32,000 nt of DNA, taken from positions 2,340,001 through 2,372,000 of the forward strand of contig NC_008789.1 in the NCBI RefSeq assembly GCF_000015585.1, written 5' to 3'. Below the pieces are notes generated by a model. It was given only the letters and a program-made list of their open reading frames with translations. It was not told where the DNA came from and searched no databases. Of this stretch, positions 1-12,392 are shown in pieces (within the stretch, counting starts at the first letter, position 1; each line of letters opens with the position of its first letter). Source of the DNA: Halorhodospira halophila SL1 (lineage in GTDB: Bacteria > Pseudomonadota > Gammaproteobacteria > Nitrococcales > Halorhodospiraceae). Both the position numbers and the translations under genes were made by a program.

Positions 1-351
1 GGGCACGGTGATCTGGGTGGTGAGCCGGGCGCCCTTGTTGCCGATCGGATCCTTGATGACCTGCACCAGCAGGGCCTGCTGCTCGCGCAGCAGGCGGTCG
101 ATGGGGGGCGGGGGGCCTCCCGAGTCCCGCTGCAGGTCCGAGACGTGGAGGAAGGCGGTGCGCTCCAGCCCGGCATCGACGAACGCGGCCTGCATCCCGG
201 GCAGGACCCGCCGCACCTGGCCCAGGTAGATGTTCCCCACCAGCCCGCGGCGCCGGGCACGCTCCAGGTGGACCTCCTGGAGGACACCGTTTTCGACCAA
301 CGCCACCCGCGTCTCGCGGGGCGTCAGGTTGATGAGGATCTCCTGGCTCAC
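1..351 (-). CDS. rng: Ribonuclease G (RNase G/CafA), N-terminal part only; gene continues off the left edge
   Basis: Absent from the ORF track because it has no stop in the window. Reverse-complement translation from the GTG at 349-351 gives VSQEILINLTPRETRVALVENGVLQEVHLERARRRGLVGNIYLGQVRRVLPGMQAAFVDAGLERTAFLHVSDL. This aligns closely with the E. coli RNase G N-terminus (MTAELLVNVTPSETRVA...GNIYKGRVSRVLPGMQAAFVDIGL). The frame stays open to position 1, and the start lies 6 nt after the maf stop. Confidence 0.85.
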   Translation of the reverse strand, partial: MSQEILINLTPRETRVALVENGVLQEVHLERARRRGLVGNIYLGQVRRVLPGMQAAFVDAGLERTAFLHVSDLQRDSGGPPPPIDRLLREQQALLVQVIKDPIGNKGARLTTQITVP

Positions 352-357
352 ACGGGC

Positions 358-939
358 CTACCAGCGCTCGCGCCAGGGGATCTCCAGCTTATCGAGCAGG
401 AGCGTGGTCTCGTAAAGCGGCAGCCCCATGACCCCGGTGTAGCTGCCCTCCAGGTGTTCGACGAAGACCCCGCCGCGCCCCTGGATGGCGTAGGCCCCGG
501 CCTTGTCGACCGGCTCGCCGCTGGCCCAGTAGCGGGCCCGCTCCTCGGCGGTGATCTCGCGCAGGGTCACCTCGCTGACTGACAGCCGGGTTGCCTCGCG
601 GTCGTCGACCAGTGCCACCCCAGTCACCACCCGGTGGGTCTGAGCCGACAGGCGCTCGAGCATACCGTGGGCCTCGGCCTCGCTGCCGGGCTTGCCGAAG
701 ATCTCACCATCGAGGACCACCGCGGTGTCTGCGCCGAGCGCCGGCGCCTGCTGCTCGGCGGCGGCGTAGCCGCGCCGGGCCTTCTCCAGGGCCATGCGCA
801 GGACGAACATCTCGGCGCCCTCGCCGGGCTCGGGGGTTTCGTCGACGGCCACCGGCAGGGTGTGATAACCGATGCCGATGCGCTCGAGCAGCTCGCGTCG
901 GCGGGGCGACCCGGATGCGAGAATGATGTAAGGCTCCAT
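358..939 (-). CDS. maf: Maf-like nucleoside triphosphate pyrophosphatase / septum formation protein
   Basis: 193-aa ORF with an ATG start. N-terminus MEPYIILASGSPRRRELLERIGI and C-terminal KAGAYAIQG are typical Maf family motifs. The position upstream of rng matches the maf-rng pairing seen in E. coli. Confidence 0.9.
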   Translation of the reverse strand: MEPYIILASGSPRRRELLERIGIGYHTLPVAVDETPEPGEGAEMFVLRMALEKARRGYAAAEQQAPALGADTAVVLDGEIFGKPGSEAEAHGMLERLSAQTHRVVTGVALVDDREATRLSVSEVTLREITAEERARYWASGEPVDKAGAYAIQGRGGVFVEHLEGSYTGVMGLPLYETTLLLDKLEIPWRERW

Positions 940-963
940 TTCCCTAGACCTTGTGGCGGTGCG

Positions 964-1428
964 TCACGATCGATGATACGGATGGCCGCTGAGCAGCGTC
1001 CAGGCACGATAGACCTGCTCGGCCACCAGCACCCGCACCAGCATGTGCGGTAACGTCAGTGGCGACAGCGACCAGCAGGCGTCGGCGCGCTGGCGCACCG
1101 CATCGCTCAGCCCGTCGGCCCCGCCGATGATGAACGCGACCTCGCCGCCCTCATGGCTCCAGCGCTCCAGGCTGCGGGCCCACTGCCGGGTGTCCCGCGG
1201 CGTGCCGCCCTCGTCCAGGGCCACACAGACCGCCCGCGAGGGCAACGCGCGCAGCAGGCGCTCGCCCTCGCGCTCACGGGCCTGTGGGTCGTCATTCCCG
1301 CGCCCGCCGGCGCCAACCTCGTGCAGCTCCAGCCGCCACCCCTTGCCCAGGCGCTGGGCGTAGGTCTCGTGACCGTCGCGCACCCAGCGCGGCGGTTTGT
1401 GGCCTACTGCGACGAGGTGGATGCGCAC
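964..1428 (-). CDS. rlmH: 23S rRNA (pseudouridine1915-N3)-methyltransferase RlmH
   Basis: Start re-set to the GTG at 1428, giving [23 protein letters not shown], which matches E. coli [23 protein letters not shown]. The C-terminus [30 protein letters not shown] matches the SPOUT knot region of RlmH. The longer track ORF (to 1527) adds a non-homologous Arg-rich extension. Confidence 0.9.
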
Positions 1429-1757
1429 GCCTCGTCCATCTCCCACATGCGCTCGAGCCGGTAGAAGTCGCGGCTCTCTTGGGTCATGACGTGCACCACG
1501 GCATCGCCCAGATCGATCAGCACCCACTCGGAGTTGGGCTCGTCGCCCTCGACGCCCAGCGGGGGGAGCCCAACGGCCTTGGCCTCATCCACCAGGTTAC
1601 GCGCCACCGCGTGCACGTGACGACGGGAGGTACCGGTGGTGACCACGATCAGGTCCGTCACCGGCGTACGCCCGCGGACATCGATGGCCACCGTATCCTG
1701 GGCCTTGATCGCGTCCAGGGACTCGCGGATCCGTTGCTCCAGCTCTTCCACCACCAT
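1404..1757 (-). CDS. rsfS: Ribosome silencing factor RsfS (iojap-like)
   Basis: 117-aa ORF with an ATG preceded by AAGAGG. Sequence [26 protein letters not shown]...[14 protein letters not shown]...R.FY.LE.MW is the RsfS/iojap signature. Its 3' end overlaps the rlmH start by 25 nt. Confidence 0.9.
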
Positions 1758-1766
1758 GACGACCTC

Positions 1767-2423
1767 TTACAACTGCGGGTAGCCGTACCAGCCCGCCTCG
1801 ACCACCCGCTGCCGCACCGCCTCGGGCAGCAGATAGCGCACGGACCGGCCCAGCGCCAGGGAGCGGCGGATCCCCGTAGCGGAGATATCCACCGGTGTCA
1901 CCGCCTGAAACAGGATGCAACCGGCCGGACGATGGCGCAGCTCGGCCGGCTCGTGCGCAACCCGCCTGGCCACCTCGGTGGCCAGCGCCTCGGGCAGCGC
2001 GCCTCGCACCCCGGGCCGCTCGGTGACCACCACGTGGGCCCGTTCGAACAGCTGCCGCCAGCGGGACCAGCCAGGCAGCCCGAGAAAAGTGTCGTACCCG
2101 AGGATCAGGCACAGCGAGACACCACCGAGCTCGGCGCGAAGCTCGGCCAGGGTGTCGACGGTGTAGGAGGGCCCATCGCGGTGCAGCTCCCGCTCATCGA
2201 CGCAGGCGCTGGGGTTGTCGGCCACGGCCCGGCGCACCAGTTCGGCGCGCTGCTCGGGCCCGACCCGCGGACGGGCCCGGTGGGGCGGGATGCGCGCCGG
2301 GATCAGGCGCAGCTCGGAGAGCTGCACGGCCTCGCGGACCTCCTCGGCCGGGCGCAGGTGGCCGTAGTGGATGGGATCGAACGTGCCACCGAGCAGGCCA
2401 ATAGTACGCAGCGGTTGTCTCAC
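1767..2423 (-). CDS. nadD: Nicotinate-nucleotide adenylyltransferase NadD
   Basis: Contains IGLLGGTFDPIHYGHL, the (H/T)xGH nucleotidyltransferase motif, as in E. coli NadD. The start is ambiguous. The GTG at 2423 is preceded by GAGGTGAG and gives a ~218-aa protein. The track's longest ORF starts at the GTG at 2465 and would overlap the proA stop. Confidence 0.85.
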   Translation of the reverse strand: MRQPLRTIGLLGGTFDPIHYGHLRPAEEVREAVQLSELRLIPARIPPHRARPRVGPEQRAELVRRAVADNPSACVDERELHRDGPSYTVDTLAELRAELGGVSLCLILGYDTFLGLPGWSRWRQLFERAHVVVTERPGVRGALPEALATEVARRVAHEPAELRHRPAGCILFQAVTPVDISATGIRRSLALGRSVRYLLPEAVRQRVVEAGWYGYPQL

Positions 2424-2442
2424 GCGTCCGCTCACCTCGCCG

Positions 2443-3717
<1,275 letters not shown>

Positions 3718-3766
3718 CAGGTCTGCTCAAATGGGCTCGATCGGGGATATGGTGTACCGATTGGCG

Positions 3767-4771
3767 CTATTTTGCCATGGCGCGGGCCAGACGAGAGACC
3801 AGGGCCCGCAGCTGCTCCCAGGGGTCACCGGGCGGCAGGCCCTTGATGGCCCGATCCACACGGTGGCAGCGCTGCAGCAGCTGCCGCCAGGCCCCCGCCG
3901 GATGCCGGCGGGCCGCTTGGCGCAGCCGCCCGACCCGCCGCTTCCAGATCCGCTCGCGCTGCAGCACCCCCTCATCGGCGCCGGCCGCCAGCCGCGCCGC
4001 CACCCGGATATCCCGGGCCAGGGCCCAGAGGATCAGCGGCGGCTGCACGCCCTCCTCCCGGAGCGTAGCGAGGACACGCAGCGCCCGCGTCCACTCCGCG
4101 TCCAGGGCAGCGTCGGCCAGATCGTCCACGGTGTACCGGGCGCTGTCGGCCAGCGCCCCGGCGGCCGTCTCGACATCCACGGCGGTGCCGCTGCCAACCA
4201 GCAGGCGTAGCTTCTCCACCGCCTGATCGGCGGCCAGCAGATTCCCCTCGGAGCGCTCGGCGATCAGCGCCGCTGCCTCCGGATCCGCCTGCAGACCGGC
4301 GCGGCGTAGCCGCTCGGCTACCCAGCGCGGCATGTCGCGCCCCGGCACCGGCCAGCAGTAGACGAAGATCCCGGCCTCGGCCAGCGCCCGCGCCCAGGCC
4401 GACTCACGGGCGGAACGCTCCAGGCGCCCGCTGGTCAACAGCAGGACGGTATCCTCCGGGGGGTCCTGGCAGTAGGCCTTGAGGGCCTCGGCCCCGTCGC
4501 GCCCGGGCTTGCCGCCGGGCATGCGCACCTCCAGCAGGCGACGATCACCGAATAGCGACAGACTGCTGGCGGCCTCGGTGAGCCACCCCCAGTCGAAGCC
4601 GGCATCGACATCGAGCACCTCGCGCTCGGAGTGCCCGGCCTCCCGCGCCGCCCGACGCACGGCGTCGGTGGCCTCACGCTGGAGCAGCGGCTCCTCGCCG
4701 GCGATGAAACAGACTCGGGGCAGCGGCCCGCGCTCCAGCTGGCGGTGGAGAGTCTCCGGCCGCTCGGCCAT
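3767..4771 (-). CDS. holA: DNA polymerase III delta subunit HolA
   Basis: 334-aa ORF. LHRQLERGPLPRVCFIAGEEPLLQREATDAVRRAA and MPRWVAERLRRAGL...EGNLLAADQAVEKLRLL parallel E. coli HolA. Its ATG shares one nucleotide with the lptE stop (TGATG), and the lptE-holA order is conserved. Confidence 0.88.
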   Translation of the reverse strand: MAERPETLHRQLERGPLPRVCFIAGEEPLLQREATDAVRRAAREAGHSEREVLDVDAGFDWGWLTEAASSLSLFGDRRLLEVRMPGGKPGRDGAEALKAYCQDPPEDTVLLLTSGRLERSARESAWARALAEAGIFVYCWPVPGRDMPRWVAERLRRAGLQADPEAAALIAERSEGNLLAADQAVEKLRLLVGSGTAVDVETAAGALADSARYTVDDLADAALDAEWTRALRVLATLREEGVQPPLILWALARDIRVAARLAAGADEGVLQRERIWKRRVGRLRQAARRHPAGAWRQLLQRCHRVDRAIKGLPPGDPWEQLRALVSRLARAMAK

Positions 4772-5292
4772 CAGCGCAGGGCCTGCAGGCGCAGCATCAA
4801 CAGGCGCACGGCGTCGGCGCGCAGCTCCTCCTCCAGCTCCGCCTCGCGGGCACGACGCTCATCGGCGCCACCGGCCGGATCGGCGAAGGTGCGCTGGGCA
4901 TCCAGCGAGGTCCGCTGGATGCGGGTCTCGCCGTCCCCACCGGCCACGCTGTAATCGATGGTGTAGGTCAGGCGGTAGTCCTGGACGTCACCGTCCGCCC
5001 CGACCGAGGCCGTGTCACGGCTGCTGCCCCGCCCGTGCAGGGTCAGCACCCAGTCGGCATCGGCGGCGCCCTCGGTGTACTGCCCACCCGCCCCCTGGAT
5101 GCCGCGGCGCACCTCGCGGCGCAGCTCACTGCTGCCCGCCTCATCAACCACCTGGATCACCTGTCCGTCCAGGGAGATCCCGCCCGGGGCGCCGCGCAGC
5201 TGCCAGCCGCAGGCACTGAGCGCCAGGGCCAGTACCGCCACCCCAAGGAACCCGGCTGGGCCTCGGCACCGATTCGGCCACGCTAATCGCAT
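4771..5292 (-). CDS. lptE: LPS-assembly lipoprotein LptE (RlpB)
   Basis: Lipobox plus the conserved start of the mature protein, LALSACGWQLRG (E. coli ITAGCGWHLRD). It sits between leuS and holA as in E. coli. I chose the ATG at 5292, preceded by AGGGGG; the track's GTG at 5298 is two codons upstream. Confidence 0.82.
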   Translation of the reverse strand: MRLAWPNRCRGPAGFLGVAVLALALSACGWQLRGAPGGISLDGQVIQVVDEAGSSELRREVRRGIQGAGGQYTEGAADADWVLTLHGRGSSRDTASVGADGDVQDYRLTYTIDYSVAGGDGETRIQRTSLDAQRTFADPAGGADERRAREAELEEELRADAVRLLMLRLQALR

Positions 5293-5325
5293 CCGCACCC
5301 CCTGGCCCAGGCGGCGGTACAGCCG

Positions 5326-7779
<2,454 letters not shown>

Positions 7780-7976
7780 CGGTGTCTGTCGCTTTCCCGG
7801 GCAGGTGAGCCGTGCAGGATAACGGAGCCACGTGCCGGGGTTCTAGTTGCGCGGTGATCAGATCGACCACACCCTTCCGCAAGCGCGCCCACTCCCTGCA
7901 CATCGGATGGTGGAGCTAGTACCTTGTAGAAGGCACCCAACCCGCGCCACTGCATCGACCTGACACGGAGGCCGCC

Positions 7977-8513
7977 ATGACGCACCATCCCAACCAGGAA
8001 CACCAGCAGGGACACCTGCCCACCAGCTACGAGCGCATGCTGACCCGCCTGCGCGAGCGGCTCGCCGAGACGGAAGACGGAGGGCCGCGTTTGGCCCAGG
8101 CCCTGGAAGAGATCAAGCGGGCCATGGTCGCCGACGGCGAGCTGACTCGCGCTGACGCCGACCGAGTGGGTGGCGCGCTGCAGCGCGACCTGGAAGAGGC
8201 CGGCGCCTGGCTGGCCGACCGCAGCCATGACCAGCCGCTGCGCGACTGGCTGCGCATGGATCTGCAGATGCTGGAGAGCTGGCTGTGGGACGCCTTCTCC
8301 TCGGTGGCCGACCGCACCAGTATGGAACTGCGCGGGTTCGTCACCACCGGCGAGCCGAGCCTCTACCACACCGACGAGATCGCCGGCCCCGGTGAACTGG
8401 CGTGCATCGCCTGCGGGCGCACCGTCACCCTGCAGCGCCCCGGCCACATCCCGCCCTGTCCGGGCTGCAACCACACGGAGTTCGTTCGTACAGCACACCG
8501 GGACACCCCCTGA
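7977..8513 (+). CDS. Zinc-ribbon-containing protein (DUF1451-like), function unknown
   Basis: 178-aa ORF whose ATG is preceded by GGAGG. The body is helical and acidic, followed by a C-terminal CxxC...CxxC ribbon (CIACGRTVTLQRPGHIPPCPGCNHTEF). Size and layout resemble the DUF1451 family. It is divergent from leuS. Confidence 0.7.
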   Translation: MTHHPNQEHQQGHLPTSYERMLTRLRERLAETEDGGPRLAQALEEIKRAMVADGELTRADADRVGGALQRDLEEAGAWLADRSHDQPLRDWLRMDLQMLESWLWDAFSSVADRTSMELRGFVTTGEPSLYHTDEIAGPGELACIACGRTVTLQRPGHIPPCPGCNHTEFVRTAHRDTP

Positions 8514-8650
8514 TCCGGGAGGGCGAGACGGAGCTGGAAGAGCGGGGACAGAGCCACCTGCACTCAACCACGGGCACGCTTCGGCGCGGACTCGTGCTCG
8601 ACGAATGGTTATTGGTTATACAGGGAGCAACGGAGAGGGGAGGGAAAATA

Positions 8651-8725
8651 TGGAGCGGGTGATGGGATTCGAACCCACGACCCCAACCTTGGCAAGGTTG
8701 TGCTCTACCACTGAGCTACACCCGC
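8651..8725 (-). tRNA. tRNA-Gly (anticodon GCC)
   Basis: The reverse complement is GCGGGTGTAGCTCAGTGGTAGAGCACAACCTTGCCAAGGTTGGGGTCGTGGGTTCGAATCCCATCACCCGCTCCA. It folds as a cloverleaf with a 7-bp acceptor stem, D arm GCTC/GAGC and anticodon stem CAACC/GGTTG with loop TTGCCAA. It also has the T arm with TTCGAAT and an encoded CCA, and closely resembles E. coli tRNA-Gly(GCC). Confidence 0.92.
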
Positions 8726-8744
8726 TGTGTCGTTACGGGTGCGC

Positions 8745-8772
8745 ATTCTACAGGCATCGGCGCCGGCGTCAA
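8745..8772 (-). promoter_or_regulatory. Sigma70-type promoter for tRNA-Gly
   Basis: On the minus strand: TTGACG (8772-8767), a 16-nt spacer, then TAGAAT (8750-8745). This is followed by a GC-rich discriminator (GCGCACCC), and the tRNA 5' end lies 19 nt downstream. Confidence 0.55.
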
Positions 8773-8842
8773 CCCCCGTGTGTTAAGGGGCTGACAGGGT
8801 GGACGCTGATCCGGTCTTACCATCGCCGATGGCGCGCGCGCC

Positions 8843-9256
8843 CTACCGGTGGTACTCACCGGCTCGCTCGGGCTGGTACAGGATCTCCTCGATCCGGACC
8901 CTATGAGCACCACCGCCCGGTCTTGGCCACTCAATCTCCTCGCCCTGGGACAGGCCCAGCAAAGCGCTACCCACCGGCGCAAAGATCGATAGGGTGCCCC
9001 CACTCGAATCCACGTCTTTGGGATAAACCAGCGTCAGCGAAAACTCTTCCTCCGTCGCCTCGACCCGAAACCGCACGGTGGAATTCATGGTAACGACGCC
9101 CGGAGGAACCTCATTGGGCTCTACGATCTCCGCCCTCGCGAGCTCATTTTCCAAGTCTTCTTGACCGGGAAAGGCGCCCTTAGGCAGGGAATCGATCAGC
9201 TTTTCAAGCCGCTCGGCATCCCGGGATGAGATCACGATCTCTGGTCTGGTCTCCAT
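8843..9256 (-). CDS. rnk: Regulator of nucleoside diphosphate kinase Rnk (GreA/GreB C-terminal-domain family)
   Basis: 137-aa ORF whose ATG is preceded by GGAG. The length and the motifs MNSTVRF..., SIFAPVGSALLGLSQGEEIEW and the C-terminal YQPE match Rnk/Gre-factor C-terminal domain proteins. Confidence 0.8.
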   Translation of the reverse strand: METRPEIVISSRDAERLEKLIDSLPKGAFPGQEDLENELARAEIVEPNEVPPGVVTMNSTVRFRVEATEEEFSLTLVYPKDVDSSGGTLSIFAPVGSALLGLSQGEEIEWPRPGGGAHRVRIEEILYQPERAGEYHR

Positions 9257-9536
9257 GAATCTCCAGTCACTCTATTCTTTTGCAGGGACAGGCAGTTCAG
9301 CCATTGCCCAACCGCTCGACAGGAACGCCGAGTCAGGCATGAGGGAAAGATCAGTCAACCGTCACGGTAGCACGCCCAGGGCTCTTGTCCAGCGGCGCGA
9401 CCGATCCTACGGCCGGGTTTTAGGTCAAAATGCGGGACGACCGCCCCGACCACTCCATCAGACCTCGGGCACCCCTGGAGCTGCGAGGTCAATGCGGACC
9501 CGCAGCTGCTCGCTCTCTCGATCAGCCAGGACTGAG

Positions 9537-9947
9537 TCACTCCTCTTGAGCCATGCGGACGATCCGCCGGCACGCCGCCCGGCAGACGGGGGTGTAGGCG
9601 AAGGCCCAGCGGGGCAGTTCGAAGACCACCCGGCCCCCGCCGCCGGGCAGCGGATCGACGCGGTGTCCGGTAGCCGGAAGACGCGCCACCGACCAGCACC
9701 AACGGCGCCCTGGCTCAAACGCCGTGATCCGGAACCCCACGCGCACGCCCACTCCGATGACGACAACCCACCCCGTGGAGCCGGCACCGATATAGCGGTC
9801 GGCCGACACCACCTCCCGGACGCTCGGCCCCCATACGGGCCACTGATGGGTATCGATGAGGACCTCCCAGAGGCGTTGGGGCGCAGCGGAGGTGTCGAGG
9901 CCGACCTCCAGCGCGGGGCGCTGCACCGTGCCGCCGTGATCGATCAA
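9537..9947 (-). CDS. SRPBCC-superfamily (polyketide cyclase/dehydrase-like) small protein
   Basis: The core TVQRPALEVGLDTSAAPQRLWEVLIDTHQWPVWGPSV...FRITAFEPGRRW is the usual N-terminal strand-helix pattern of SRPBCC/START-like proteins. I set the start at the TTG at 9947, which follows a strong GGAAGGAGG SD by 6 nt. Alternatives are the ATG at 10001 and the track's longest start at 10121. Confidence 0.6.
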   Translation of the reverse strand: MIDHGGTVQRPALEVGLDTSAAPQRLWEVLIDTHQWPVWGPSVREVVSADRYIGAGSTGWVVVIGVGVRVGFRITAFEPGRRWCWSVARLPATGHRVDPLPGGGGRVVFELPRWAFAYTPVCRAACRRIVRMAQEE

Positions 9948-10264
9948 CCCGCACCTCCTTCCCTGTGTAGCGCCAGTGCCAGGGCTCAAAGTCGAGCCCA
10001 TGGCCGAAGTTCGAAGATGAGTCGCCGTTTGATGGTACCCGAAACCGGACCCGCGCCCGCATTGCTGCCAAGGAGGTGGCCCCACCCCTTTTTTATGCGC
10101 GATCTGGAAAACCAATGGCATACTGAACCTTGAGGTCTATGGGGTCTCATCGTCTGCGCAGCCCCCCCCTTGGGCCTCACGACTCGAGCTCTGTGCTGCA
10201 TGCACACACGGTAGGCTTTCCGCCACGCGCAGGGGCACCGAGCCGACCCGCTCACGGAGGCGCC

Positions 10265-12307
10265 ATGAAGTCCGCCCCGATACCCGATAACGAGCACATC
10301 CGGCTGGCCGCGCTGTACAGCTACCGGATCCTCGACACCGAGGCCGAGGCGGCCTTCGACCGCTGCGTACGGACCCTCTGCCAGATCTATCAGGTGCCCA
10401 TCGCCACGGTCACCTTCGTCGACCGCGACCGGCAGTGGTTCAAGTCGGCCCAGGGCCTGGAGGACTGCGAGACACCGCGATCCACCTCCTTCTGCGGCCA
10501 TGTGGTGGCCGACGGCAACCCGCTGGTGGTGGAGGACACGCATCAAGACCCACGCTTCCACGACAATCCGCTGGTCACCAGCCCGCCGCATATCCGCTTC
10601 TACGCCGGTGTACCGCTGATCACCCCGGCCGGCCAGCCTATCGGGGTCCTGTGCATCCAGGACCGGCAGCCCCGCCGTTTCAGCGACGAGGACCTGATCC
10701 CGCTGCAGGACCTGGCGGTGCTGCTGATCAGCGAACTCGAACTGCGTCACCGCGAGAACGTGCAGCGACTGCGCCGACAACTCGAGCACCGGCAGCGAGA
10801 GCTGGAGGCGATCTTCCAGGCCGCCACCTCGGTCAGCCTGATCAAGACCGATCTCGAGGGGATCATCCAGGAGACCAGCACCGGCACCGAGGCCCTGTTT
10901 GGCTATGCACGCCACGAGCTGATCGGCCGCCCGGTCGCGCTGGTTCACCGCCCGGAGGATCACACCCAGCCGGGGACCATCATCGAACGGCTGCGCAATG
11001 ATCGCACACCGGTCCGTCGTGAAATGCCCCTCATGCGCAGCGACGGCAGCACCTTCCCCGCGCTCTTTTCGGTCCACCCGATCACCGACGCCCACGACGA
11101 GCTGATCGCCACGCTGAGTGTGACCTTCGATATCAGCGATCAGAAGCGGGTCGAGCAGGAGCTCGAGCAGGCCGTTCGGGCCAAGAGCGACTTCCTGAAC
11201 GCGGTCAGCCACGATCTGCGCACGCCACTGAACGCGCTGATGGGGTTCTCCCAGTTGCTTGCCGAGACGGACCTCACGCCGGAAGAACGACAACGCTACG
11301 CGGAGCACTGCCGGCGCGGCGGCGAGCGGCTGCACGGCCTGATCGACTCACTCCTGGAGCTCAGCCGCCTACAGAGCGGCGGGATGCGGGCACACACCGA
11401 GCCGCTAGCGTTGCCGGCACTGATTGAAGAGCAATGCGCCCTGTTCCGACCCGCCGCTGAGAGGAAGGGCATCGAGCTGGCTTGCCAGATCAGTGCCGAC
11501 CTCCCGCGCTGGATTCAGGGGGACCGGACCCGACTTGAACAGGCGCTCTCCAACCTGATCGATAATGCCATCAAGTACACAGAGGCGGGTCACGTCCGGA
11601 TCACCGCCAGCGCCGAGGGCGAACAAATTACCTTGGCGGTGGAGGACACCGGGCCCGGCATCCCCGCCGAAAACCGGGACCGGATCTTCGCGGCCTTCGA
11701 TCGAGGGAACTACCAGGGCGAGCAACAGGGCCACGGCCTCGGCCTGGCGATCGCCCGGGAGATCGCCCAGCTGATGGGCGGCAATCTCCACTTGGACAGT
11801 GAGCAAGGCCGGGGGACCACCTTCACCCTGACCGCACGGCTCCAGACACTCTGTGAAGAGACCACCCCCCATGCGCAACGCCCCTGCCAGCCTGCAAAGG
11901 GGCCACCGCAGCCCGGCCTGCGCATCCTGGTCGCGGAGGATGACCCCACCAACGCCATACTGGCTCGCACCCTGCTGGAGCGCCTGGATGCGCAGGTGAC
12001 CGTCGTGGAAGACGGGGTGACCGCCCTGCACACCTGGCGTGATGGCACCTTCGACCTCCTCTTGCTGGATCTGCAGATGCCGGGCCTGGATGGCCTCCAG
12101 TTGGCCCGAGCCATCCGCCACGAAGAGAACCAAGAGCACCGAGCCCCGGCCCGTATCGCCCTATTCACCGCGCACGCCCGCAGCGAGGTCGAGCAGCGGG
12201 GGTTTGAGGCTGGCTGCGATGAGTTCCTCACCAAGCCGGCCCGGAAAGGCGATCTTGAGGCCCTCCTGGCACGGGCCGGTTCGCCGGATCCTCAGCCGCC
12301 CCGATAG
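10265..12307 (+). CDS. Hybrid sensor histidine kinase (GAF-PAS-HisKA-HATPase-REC), here called HK1
   Basis: The ATG at 10265 follows GGAGG. The N-terminus is GAF-type (PDNEHIRLAALYSYRILDTEAEAAFD...FCGHVV). A PAS segment follows, then the H-box NAVSHDLRTPLNAL. The ATPase boxes are LIDNAIKYT, DTGPGIP and GHGLGLAIA. The C-terminal receiver is ILVAEDDPTN...LLLLDLQMPGLDG...TKP. No Hpt domain is present. Confidence 0.9.
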   Translation: MKSAPIPDNEHIRLAALYSYRILDTEAEAAFDRCVRTLCQIYQVPIATVTFVDRDRQWFKSAQGLEDCETPRSTSFCGHVVADGNPLVVEDTHQDPRFHDNPLVTSPPHIRFYAGVPLITPAGQPIGVLCIQDRQPRRFSDEDLIPLQDLAVLLISELELRHRENVQRLRRQLEHRQRELEAIFQAATSVSLIKTDLEGIIQETSTGTEALFGYARHELIGRPVALVHRPEDHTQPGTIIERLRNDRTPVRREMPLMRSDGSTFPALFSVHPITDAHDELIATLSVTFDISDQKRVEQELEQAVRAKSDFLNAVSHDLRTPLNALMGFSQLLAETDLTPEERQRYAEHCRRGGERLHGLIDSLLELSRLQSGGMRAHTEPLALPALIEEQCALFRPAAERKGIELACQISADLPRWIQGDRTRLEQALSNLIDNAIKYTEAGHVRITASAEGEQITLAVEDTGPGIPAENRDRIFAAFDRGNYQGEQQGHGLGLAIAREIAQLMGGNLHLDSEQGRGTTFTLTARLQTLCEETTPHAQRPCQPAKGPPQPGLRILVAEDDPTNAILARTLLERLDAQVTVVEDGVTALHTWRDGTFDLLLLDLQMPGLDGLQLARAIRHEENQEHRAPARIALFTAHARSEVEQRGFEAGCDEFLTKPARKGDLEALLARAGSPDPQPPR

Positions 12308-12392
12308 ACCTGCGCGCGGTGCAATCTGGCATGATAGGTGCAAAGGATGAACGGGCCAAGATTCGGCCCCACTCAAGGATCAGGAAGGCACT

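Noticed and set aside
10075-10094. GGTGGCCCCACC followed by a T6 run, resembling an intrinsic terminator on the plus strand
   Set aside because: The stem is only 4-5 bp with a 2-4 nt loop. No plus-strand gene ends upstream of it. It more likely belongs to the AT-richer divergent promoter region between the SRPBCC gene and HK1.
10130-10264. Longest-ORF N-terminal extensions in the track: HK1 from 10130, rlmH to 1527, metY to 23606, STAS to 31253, SRPBCC to 10121
   Set aside because: The track starts ORFs at the most upstream ATG/GTG/TTG. In each case the extension is Arg/Gly/Pro-rich, non-homologous to the family N-terminus and lacks an SD. A downstream start with a good SD aligns with the known family N-termini.
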